From positions 928,001-992,000 of the forward strand of contig CBDEUS010000002.1 of NCBI GenBank assembly GCA_965243395.1: a DNA stretch of 64,000 nt, read 5' to 3'. The notes below the pieces were generated by a model. It was given only the letters and a program-made list of their open reading frames with translations. It had not been told where the DNA came from and searched no databases. Shown here in pieces: positions 52,378-60,232 of the stretch (its first letter is position 1; each line of letters opens with the position of its first letter). The position numbers were made by a program, and so were the translations under genes. The DNA is from Gammaproteobacteria bacterium (GTDB lineage: Bacteria; Pseudomonadota; Gammaproteobacteria; UBA4575).

Positions 52378-53460
52378 TTATAATTTAATTTTCAGTAATT
52401 TGTTCCAAATTTCTACTTGTTTATTTACGCACCATGCTTTTTGGTAATTTTCGCGAGTTTCAATACAACCATTTCTAAGTTTTTTATAAAGTGCTTTATC
52501 ATTTAATAATTGATCAATAGCAGTAACTAAAGCTTCTAGATTATTGGGAGGAATCAATACAGCATTATAATTATTTTTGAAAATACCCGGTATATCGCAA
52601 ATATTACTCAGCAGTGGAGGAATTGCGCAATGCATAGCTTCAATTGCAGCAGCAGGTATTGCTTCTATCTTTGATACGAGAACAAATATGTGTGATTCAT
52701 GTAAGTATTTAGCAATATTATTTTTGTAACCTAAAAACTCAATATTATACTCAAGTTTTAAACTGTTTCTTAGTCTTAGTAATTTAGAAATTTCTTCGCC
52801 CTCTCCAACTATTGCCAGTTTAATATTTGGGTTTTTTTGTTTAACAATATTTATGGCTCGAATTAATAAGTCTACATTTTTTCGTTTAATTAGATCGCCT
52901 ATGAAAATTAAATCCCAATTATATGAGTTTATATTTTTAGATATCGTAAATAGGTTAGGATCGTGATAATTATTTAATCTTATTAATTTTTCATCAGTAA
53001 CATTTTGTTCCTTTAATATATCTTTTGATTTTGGACCCATATAAGCAAGCATGTCTGCATTTTTTATACAATATTTTATGAATGGTGAATATATCGAGGA
53101 TTCTAGATGTATATGTATATCATCACCAATTGGGCATGCAATACAATGTGTTTTCATTAGTTTTCCTGAGGCAACTGCCACAATGCCATGTGCAACTAGT
53201 TGTATACCTATTATTGCTTTAATGTTATGAGATTTACATAGTTTAATTATTATAAAAAAGCGCCAAATTTCATAAAACAAAGTAATATTCTTAATGAAAT
53301 CAGGGGGCGTGACATTTATAATTTTTTTCGTTTTTTCTAATGGATTTTTTCGTATTAAAAAAATTGATTCTATGTGTCTATTTTGAGTGAGCCCTATAAT
53401 CTTAGTCTTTAGTTTATAGTCGCTTAGTCCGGCAGTAACAATTACAGTATTATTATTCAC
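52378..53460 (-). CDS. Glycosyltransferase family 4 (GT-B)
   Basis: FIGDLIKRKN, IVGEG, EFLGY, S..EAIPAAAIEAM (Ex7E). Confidence 0.85.
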   Translation of the reverse strand: MNNNTVIVTAGLSDYKLKTKIIGLTQNRHIESIFLIRKNPLEKTKKIINVTPPDFIKNITLFYEIWRFFIIIKLCKSHNIKAIIGIQLVAHGIVAVASGKLMKTHCIACPIGDDIHIHLESSIYSPFIKYCIKNADMLAYMGPKSKDILKEQNVTDEKLIRLNNYHDPNLFTISKNINSYNWDLIFIGDLIKRKNVDLLIRAINIVKQKNPNIKLAIVGEGEEISKLLRLRNSLKLEYNIEFLGYKNNIAKYLHESHIFVLVSKIEAIPAAAIEAMHCAIPPLLSNICDIPGIFKNNYNAVLIPPNNLEALVTAIDQLLNDKALYKKLRNGCIETRENYQKAWCVNKQVEIWNKLLKIKL

Positions 53461-53656
53461 GCAAAGAATTACTGGATATAAAGAATATTTACAGTAGATT
53501 AATTATACGTTAAGTATAAATAGTAGTTTAATATAAAACCAAACTATATTAAGCAAAGCATCTTAACATAATGTTTTCATCTAAAAAGATTTTTATAAAT
53601 TGGGTATACCTTAGTTTAAAGCTTAAATAGTTTTAGCTATAACACGTAATACCTAC

Positions 53657-55507
53657 TTAATTGAATCTTTTGAATTCGGCTACAAAGATATGTGATAATA
53701 GCATCTGATATATCATAAAATAGTGCCATCTTAGAGACTTAGTTGCTTTTTGTTTTAAGATTGTGTGTACAAATTCAGGATTGAACAATCCATAGTAATT
53801 TATTCGCTCATCTGTTAACCATTCTTCAATTAAGTATTTTAAGTTAGTCTTTACAAAAACCGGCGCATTAACTTGAAAACCACTTTTTTTTCTATTTAGC
53901 ACCTGGTTTGGCAAAACCCCCTTTAACATATTCTTCATATAACCTTTCGGCTTCCCATTTGGCATTAATACTTTTCGATCAAATGAATTAACGGTATTTG
54001 AAAATTTGATATCTAAAAATGGGACTCTTACTTCCAATCCCTCTGCCATGCTTAATCTATCTTCTTGCCATAGAAGGTCATTGACCATTTTATTTTTCCA
54101 TTCGAATTCTGCCATTGATTTAATAGGATCGTTATGATTTGGCCACATACTCTCTAGAGTTGTAAAGGCATTAGGTAATTGTGAATCAAGTAACCGTGGC
54201 CCATAAACTTGTGCACGCATGCTTGGGGAATCCCAAATGTTGCGAAGTAACCCATAAACCCTTGGCCAATTTCTTGATGCAGCAAGCATTTGCAATGCTC
54301 GTTGTGGTTCAGTCCATTGAATATTTAAAGTATTCTGTGCCATTAAATTACCAATCTTAGCAACTGCAGAAGATAAATAGGATGGCATATAGCGATTGAC
54401 TTGATGCGTTCGATTGAATATTCGATGAGCGTTATAACCGAAAAATATTTCATCTGCTCCCAGTCCAGAAAGAACAACTTTTACATATTTAGAGGCGTGT
54501 TTTGCTAACGCGCTGGCTTGGTAAGCATTTATTTTAGGTACTTCAAGATGCCTTATAAGATGATTTAGGTTGTCTATCTTAGAGGGAATCGTTTGGTAAA
54601 TGTTTTCTATATCGAGTAATTCTGCTGTTTTTGCTGCATTTTCTGCCTCATTTAGATCATCTCCTACGTCTACTGTAAAGCTTCGTAATTTTCTGCCTGT
54701 ATTTTTTGCTAATTTGCATATAGTCGCTGAGTCAATCCCACCTGATAAATAGCAGCCAACTTCAACATCAGAGGTACAATGTATATCGACTGCCTCAGAA
54801 AGTAGCTCCAATAAATTTTCATTTTTATTAATATAGTCAGCTTTAAGTTTATATGTTGTTTTTTTTCCAGCTGTATCCCAAATAAGTACATCTCCAGGTG
54901 CGACTTGATTGATGTTTTTAAACATCGAAATTTCACCTGGTAAATAACGAAAGTTTAATAATAAATGCATGGATGAAGGATCAATTTCAACTGTGGGGTC
55001 ATAAGCTAATATAGCTTTTGCTTCTGATCCAAAAACTAGACTGTTATCGGGCATTGATTTAATAAATAGTGGTTTGATGCCTATTGGATCTCGTACAAGT
55101 AAACCTATATTTCTTTTCTTATCCCAAATTGAAAATGCAAACATACCGCGCAAACTATTAAAACCTTCCCAACCATACTGTTGGTATAAATGTAATATGA
55201 CTTCAGTGTCAGACTTGGTCTTAAATACACAACCTCTGGCGGTAAGTTTGTTTCTCAAATTACGATAGTTATATATTTCCCCATTGAATGTTATTACACA
55301 TTGATTATCATGAGATGTCATAGGTTGTTTGCCACCCTCGATATCAATAATAGCGAGACGTGTATGTGCCAAACCAACATGTTTAGAGGTATAGATATCA
55401 CTGCCATCAGGGCCACGGTGTGCTAATGCAGAAACCATGTTTTGTAGGATTTTGACAGATGTGTCTATTGTTGGGATTGGGCTAAACCAACCGGCTATTC
55501 CACACAT
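53657..55507 (-). CDS. Asparagine-synthase-like glutamine amidotransferase (AsnB/WbpS-like, probably glycan-modifying)
   Basis: MCGIAG, HRGPD, RLAIID, NGEIYN, LSGGIDS, SGLGADE, EVRVPFLD, RKKSGF; inside the glycan cluster. Confidence 0.9.
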   Translation of the reverse strand: MCGIAGWFSPIPTIDTSVKILQNMVSALAHRGPDGSDIYTSKHVGLAHTRLAIIDIEGGKQPMTSHDNQCVITFNGEIYNYRNLRNKLTARGCVFKTKSDTEVILHLYQQYGWEGFNSLRGMFAFSIWDKKRNIGLLVRDPIGIKPLFIKSMPDNSLVFGSEAKAILAYDPTVEIDPSSMHLLLNFRYLPGEISMFKNINQVAPGDVLIWDTAGKKTTYKLKADYINKNENLLELLSEAVDIHCTSDVEVGCYLSGGIDSATICKLAKNTGRKLRSFTVDVGDDLNEAENAAKTAELLDIENIYQTIPSKIDNLNHLIRHLEVPKINAYQASALAKHASKYVKVVLSGLGADEIFFGYNAHRIFNRTHQVNRYMPSYLSSAVAKIGNLMAQNTLNIQWTEPQRALQMLAASRNWPRVYGLLRNIWDSPSMRAQVYGPRLLDSQLPNAFTTLESMWPNHNDPIKSMAEFEWKNKMVNDLLWQEDRLSMAEGLEVRVPFLDIKFSNTVNSFDRKVLMPNGKPKGYMKNMLKGVLPNQVLNRKKSGFQVNAPVFVKTNLKYLIEEWLTDERINYYGLFNPEFVHTILKQKATKSLRWHYFMIYQMLLSHIFVAEFKRFN

Positions 55508-55508
55508 A

Positions 55509-56585
55509 CTATGATGAGTTTCCTGCTAATTGAGCTTGATATTTATGTAATGCTTCTGGGAATTGTTCAATACATTCAGCAGCAAACATTGAAACATCAA
55601 TAGTATCGTTCAGAAGTTTTTCCTTAGCGTTTTTCCAATTATGCGGAGGTTTTTTCAATAAGGATTGAATGCAAGACTTAAGGGTATTCAAATTAAGTAA
55701 TTTGATATTTCTGACTAATCCATATTTTATTTCTAGTTCGTCTGTGTAGCCACGTCCTGTGTTTGCAGCATAAATAGCTGGAGTGCCCAGCACAGCAGAT
55801 TCCGAAGCCATTGTTGCGCTTTCGCCAATAAACATGCGGCAGAAAGCTAATACATGGTGTATTTGACTAATTTTTCCATGATAACGCAATGACTCATATT
55901 TTTGTGGCAAGCCCCCTTCTGCAGAAATGATAACTTTGCCTTTTGTTTCAAGAAAACTTACTAATGAAGATAGCAGCTCAGTAGTCCAGCCTTGTTCACC
56001 TAAGTCGTGGTTTGCTTGCCAAGAGACAAGTCGTAATAGAAACGTAGGTTCACTGGAAGATAAGCCATTCTTAATAGCTATACTTTTATTTGCAGTGAAG
56101 TATTGTGGGTGTAGATAAGATAGTTCGTGATAGCCATTATAACGAATATGTTTTCTTTTAGGTGTCCAGGCACTATAACACGAGGGCACAATTACACATG
56201 ATGCAAATGGATAAGTTATAGCGTTTTGTAAAGTTGCATTTTCTGTATCATAAAATATTAGCGATTTTGTGCTAGTTATAATACCAATATGTGAAATAAA
56301 TGTGCCGCCAATTGCTGCCATTATATCAGGATTAAATTTTTTTACGATTTTAAATAATTCTGCATCTCTTTTAACAAGTTCAGTTGCTAAACCAATTAAA
56401 CTTTTACGATTGTTTAATGAAGATATTGGTTTATGCTGAAAATTGAGTTCATCTAATAATTCTAGAGCGACCTCTTTGTCTCTACTAGTAATTAATACTT
56501 CATGTCCTCGATCAATTAGAATATTTAGAGGATTTTTAAAAAAATGCGCATGTGCGGGGTGTGTAATATCAATAAGTATGCGCAT
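55509..56585 (-). CDS. DUF354 family GT-B-fold protein
   Basis: MRILIDITHPAHAHFFK, YDTE, YNGYHELSYLHP, W.ANHD, GESATMASESAVLGTPA. Confidence 0.78.
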   Translation of the reverse strand: MRILIDITHPAHAHFFKNPLNILIDRGHEVLITSRDKEVALELLDELNFQHKPISSLNNRKSLIGLATELVKRDAELFKIVKKFNPDIMAAIGGTFISHIGIITSTKSLIFYDTENATLQNAITYPFASCVIVPSCYSAWTPKRKHIRYNGYHELSYLHPQYFTANKSIAIKNGLSSSEPTFLLRLVSWQANHDLGEQGWTTELLSSLVSFLETKGKVIISAEGGLPQKYESLRYHGKISQIHHVLAFCRMFIGESATMASESAVLGTPAIYAANTGRGYTDELEIKYGLVRNIKLLNLNTLKSCIQSLLKKPPHNWKNAKEKLLNDTIDVSMFAAECIEQFPEALHKYQAQLAGNSS

Positions 56586-56593
56586 GCCTATTG

Positions 56594-57457
56594 TTACTTA
56601 AGATGTGTATCTTTAAATATTAAAGTAGTAATTTGTTCAGAAATTAGACCAATTAATATAATTAGCAAAGAAGAAATAAAGAGCAGTGCGCTCATATTCG
56701 TAAAACGGCTAAGTGTAATGAAAGTGTATAAGTAATGTGCGGCACCGGCTAAAAATAAAAAGAAACTAATGGGAAAAAATATTTTTAAAGGAGAGTAAAG
56801 TGTGCCTACTTTGAAAATAATAATTAAAAAACGTAGGCCATCACGGCCTAGTTTTAAATGACTTTTTCCTTTACGTTTGCTGGCAATAATTGGAATATAT
56901 TTGATTGAATATCCGGCACGAAAAAATGCCATAGTTATTGTAGTCGGATAAGAAAATCCATTTGGGAGTATATGCAAAAATTCTTTGAACTTTTCTGCAT
57001 GTACAGCTCTAAGACCAGAGGTCAAATCATCAACTTTATGTCCGACAATTAAGCTAGCAATTATGTTATATAGTTTATTGCCGATCCAACGCCTCTTTCC
57101 TGCTTGGGAACTGGATGATCGTGCACCAACTGCCATATCTGTACCTTGTTCTATGGCTAGAAGTAATTTTTTAATGTCATCAGGGTTATGTTGCCCGTCG
57201 GCATCCATGTATACAAAGATATCCCCGTGTGCAGTTCGAGCACCGGTTTTAACCGCTGCACCATTACCAATGTTGTACGGGTGAGAGACGATTTTTACAT
57301 TAAATTCATTTGCAAGATTTGCGGTATCATCTGTCGAGCCATCGTCAACTACTATAATTTCAGCTTCGGAATATAATTTATTCAATTTGGGCAACAGATC
57401 GGTCAATCCACTAGCCTCATTTTTAGCAGGAATTATGATGCTAATTGATTTACTCAA
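56594..57457 (-). CDS. GT2 polyprenol-phosphate glycosyltransferase (Dol-P-Man synthase-like) with two C-terminal TM helices
   Basis: IIIPAKNE, VVDDGSTD, GNGAAVKTG, MDADGQH, DLTSGLRA, hydrophobic C-terminus; start overlaps the GT-C gene stop. Confidence 0.87.
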   Translation of the reverse strand: MSKSISIIIPAKNEASGLTDLLPKLNKLYSEAEIIVVDDGSTDDTANLANEFNVKIVSHPYNIGNGAAVKTGARTAHGDIFVYMDADGQHNPDDIKKLLLAIEQGTDMAVGARSSSSQAGKRRWIGNKLYNIIASLIVGHKVDDLTSGLRAVHAEKFKEFLHILPNGFSYPTTITMAFFRAGYSIKYIPIIASKRKGKSHLKLGRDGLRFLIIIFKVGTLYSPLKIFFPISFFLFLAGAAHYLYTFITLSRFTNMSALLFISSLLIILIGLISEQITTLIFKDTHLK

Positions 57458-59400
57458 TTTGAAATCTCGCTGGAATATGAATCTTTGTGGGTGTCTATAA
57501 ATTCAAATGCTTCTTTAATAGTCTTGCTATATGTGCCATATTTGTCAATCTTTTTTAAGTCTTCAATTAAGCTTAGTGCACTTTGATAGTCACCATTGAT
57601 TAACAAAAGTTTAGATAATTCTATTTTATACGCCATGTTGATCGAGGTTTCTGATACGGCTTCTTTTAGAAGTTTAATTGCTGTATCAATATCCCGAACA
57701 ACTGTACCAAAATAACCTGATAAATTTGCTAGTACTTGGGCTCTGTGTTTTCCTTTTAGACTAGGATTTAATAGCGCAGCATACATAATTTGTAAATAAT
57801 CTACACTTGTAATATTACATTTTCCTTTTATTACGTATTCAGTAAGAAATGTTATTGCATTTAGTGGTTCTGGACCAAGTGTGCTCAATTGCATTTTCTG
57901 CTTAATTTGCTCAATATCTTGATTAGGGATTTGATTTAAGTGTTCACAGGTAAATATCGATCTTGCAAGTAGCGGAGTAATGTTGTTTGGCTTTGAATCT
58001 TCGGCATTTTGGAAGTAACTGATACCTTCTCTATATAATTCATCTTTAATTTCAGTTTCGTTGGTGCGTGCATATATTGATTGATACACGGATCCCATAA
58101 TTAAGTTTGCTCGATAAGAATTAGGGTGTCGTGTCACATCATAGAGTGCGAGTGTATACTCATTTTTCCACTCGGATGAGCGTATGAAGGTAACTGTAGA
58201 AAGTGCAATGATCCAGAGAAAAAATAACACATAAGCATATTTCAGCTTGTTACCCCTGCTAAAAAATATGTGTAACGCTACAATAGTTGTAAAAATAATG
58301 CCAAATGAAGGTAGATAATTTCTATGCTCGAATCTAAGTTCTAGCGGGAATATGGTTGATTCTAATGAATGTCCAATTAAAAACCATATTATGCCAAACC
58401 CAATATACGGGTATTTTTTATATGAGAGAATAGAAATGATGATTAAAACTAATAATAAAATTATCGAAAAAAGTGTAGTAGAAGGTTGAAGTATAGACTT
58501 TGATATTTCGATATTATCTTTGAGTAAACCAAGCTCGAATATATTTGGGGAAATGATTGTTCTTAGATATTCTACAACAACCCTTGTTTCTGTAAGAAGC
58601 CTTTCCCAGAGTGTAAATTCTCGTAAACTGTACTTGAGTATTTTTTCGGGTTGCACGATTAAATTACTCAGCAGTATCAAAGCAGGCGCTGCTATTACTA
58701 AGAAATAAAGTGCATACAATATTCTTCTATCTTTTTTCGAATGACATTCAAATTTATATACAAATATTTCTATACATAGTAAAAATAGCGGGATAAGTAC
58801 ACCAATTTCTTTGCTTAGGATAGATAGTATTGCGAGAACTGCTGTAGGAAGAAAGTAATGCCACCTGCATTTTGAGGACAGCATTTTTGTTCTTACTGCG
58901 CAGTAAGCGAGAATTGAAAATATTGAAAACAAGGTCGCTAGACTCGTCATTCTTTGCACTATGTAAAGAACGCTTGTCAACTGGATAGGGTGAACTAGCC
59001 ATATAGCTCCAATAGTCAGACTGATAAGATTTACTTTTGTAGTATCAGTTTTATCAAACCAGGTTTGAGTTAATTGTTTTGATAGTAATGTAATCCCAAT
59101 TCCACATAATAGATGAATCAAAAGGTTAGTGATTTTCATTGGCCCAGGATTTAGGCCGGTAAAATATGTATTTAGGGAAAAAGATAGTATTGAAAGCGGG
59201 CGTTTCAAATTGCCTGTGATACCGCTCCAAGTGGCTTCCCATATAGCTGCAAAATGGAGTGAATCTAAGTGTAATCCAATATTATTTACAATATTTGGAT
59301 AGTCATCGAAATGGAAACTTCCTGGAAGGCCTGGCATATAAATGGCAACAGTGAGGCCGCATGCAAGGAAGATATAAAAACTAATTGTTCGATTTGTCAA
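57454..59400 (-). CDS. GT-C membrane glycosyltransferase, TMTC/TfpW-like, with C-terminal TPR-like helices
   Basis: FHFDD after TM1, RPL, NLLIH, HPIQ..V.YIVQR, SKE.G, EHRNYLPS, R...W; many TM segments then a helical soluble domain; immediately downstream of pilA; TTG start. Confidence 0.75.
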   Translation of the reverse strand: MTNRTISFYIFLACGLTVAIYMPGLPGSFHFDDYPNIVNNIGLHLDSLHFAAIWEATWSGITGNLKRPLSILSFSLNTYFTGLNPGPMKITNLLIHLLCGIGITLLSKQLTQTWFDKTDTTKVNLISLTIGAIWLVHPIQLTSVLYIVQRMTSLATLFSIFSILAYCAVRTKMLSSKCRWHYFLPTAVLAILSILSKEIGVLIPLFLLCIEIFVYKFECHSKKDRRILYALYFLVIAAPALILLSNLIVQPEKILKYSLREFTLWERLLTETRVVVEYLRTIISPNIFELGLLKDNIEISKSILQPSTTLFSIILLLVLIIISILSYKKYPYIGFGIIWFLIGHSLESTIFPLELRFEHRNYLPSFGIIFTTIVALHIFFSRGNKLKYAYVLFFLWIIALSTVTFIRSSEWKNEYTLALYDVTRHPNSYRANLIMGSVYQSIYARTNETEIKDELYREGISYFQNAEDSKPNNITPLLARSIFTCEHLNQIPNQDIEQIKQKMQLSTLGPEPLNAITFLTEYVIKGKCNITSVDYLQIMYAALLNPSLKGKHRAQVLANLSGYFGTVVRDIDTAIKLLKEAVSETSINMAYKIELSKLLLINGDYQSALSLIEDLKKIDKYGTYSKTIKEAFEFIDTHKDSYSSEISN

Positions 59401-59410
59401 TGTTTTGAGT

Positions 59411-59444
59411 AAAAAAAAACGCCCTGCAAATGCAGAGCGTTTTT
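59411..59444 (-). terminator. Intrinsic terminator after pilA
   Basis: Minus strand AAAAACGCTCTGCA-TT-TGCAGGGCG followed by T9. Confidence 0.85.
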
Positions 59445-59470
59445 AAGTATTTTAAATTTAAAAATCTAAA

Positions 59471-59920
59471 TTACTGTCTGCAATCTGCTGGTAGATACTT
59501 GTTAGGAATTGCAGTACCACCTGTTGCAGGACGACAGTCCCAGTCAACATTTGCAGCGTTACCAGTACCTAGTAGCTCTAAAACATTACCTGCGTTTGCA
59601 GTGCCACCAAGATCGGTAATAGAGGCTCTAACTGTCGCAGTTGTTGCAGTAGTTCCTGCTAGAGTTACAGACTGTACATACTTCGAGTTAATATTCGTTT
59701 CGAAGCCTGCTTGAACAGCGCTAGCTGGCATTGCATTTTGAGATTGAAAGAACTCAGAAATAGCAACTTTTGCTGGTGAAGTAGCAAGTAATGCTTCAGA
59801 AACTTTTGAGCGGATTGTGTAGTCCTGATAAGCAGGAATCGCAATCGCTGCAAGAATACCGATAATCGCAACCACGATCATCAATTCAATTAAGGTAAAA
59901 CCTTTTTGCATTTTTTTCAT
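59471..59920 (-). CDS. pilA: Type IVa major pilin
   Basis: Short leader MKKMQKG|[27 protein letters not shown]; C-terminal disulfide loop C129-C147; AGGAG RBS. Confidence 0.96.
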   Translation of the reverse strand: MKKMQKGFTLIELMIVVAIIGILAAIAIPAYQDYTIRSKVSEALLATSPAKVAISEFFQSQNAMPASAVQAGFETNINSKYVQSVTLAGTTATTATVRASITDLGGTANAGNVLELLGTGNAANVDWDCRPATGGTAIPNKYLPADCRQ

Positions 59921-59971
59921 GGGGAATCTCCTATCCTCATATAAATTAAAATTTAAGTTGTACGTTAAAAA

Positions 59972-59992
59972 TTCCAGCCGTCCTTGCTAGAA
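59972..59992 (-). promoter_or_regulatory. CsrA/RsmA-type GGA hairpin in pilA leader
   Basis: Minus strand TTCTAGC-AAGGACG-GCTGGAA (7-bp stem, AAGGA in loop). Confidence 0.55.
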
Positions 59993-60069
59993 GTCTTTAA
60001 CGACTCCAACTCCGGAAATAACTGGTGATTGGCCATGTCTATGACTAGGGCAACCTTGCTAAAATATAT

Positions 60070-60084
60070 ACAGATATCGTGCCA
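60070..60084 (-). promoter_or_regulatory. sigma54 (-24/-12) promoter of pilA
   Basis: Minus strand TGGCACGATATCTGT: perfect -24 box; -12 box reads GT instead of GC; pilR is adjacent. Confidence 0.65.
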
Positions 60085-60202
60085 AATTTAATCTGGCGGG
60101 ATAACTCTAATGAAAACAGTATGTTCGATTTGGTGTTTAGAATCATGAGTCAGAAGACAAGTGGTAGATTCTGACGATTGGCTGGACTTCAGTGTTCAAG
60201 AG

Positions 60203-60217
60203 TGACAATTATTGTCA
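60203..60217. promoter_or_regulatory. Palindromic candidate PilR upstream activating sequence
   Basis: TGACA-ATTAT-TGTCA about 120 bp upstream of the -24 box. Confidence 0.55.
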
Positions 60218-60232
60218 GTTTAGTGATAAATA

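Larger units (their letters stand above)
42398..59400 (-). other. Pilin-linked glycosylation island between pilA and pilB
   Basis: 14 co-oriented glycan genes between the pilA terminator and the pilB promoter; several are visibly more AT-rich than the core genes. Confidence 0.8.

Noticed and set aside
42398-59400. Island as a mobile element or a standard O-antigen/capsule locus
   Set aside because: No integrase, transposase, tRNA, att repeats or ops/JUMPstart were seen, and no wzy, wzz, wza-wzc, kps or waaL. A contribution to another surface glycan cannot be excluded.
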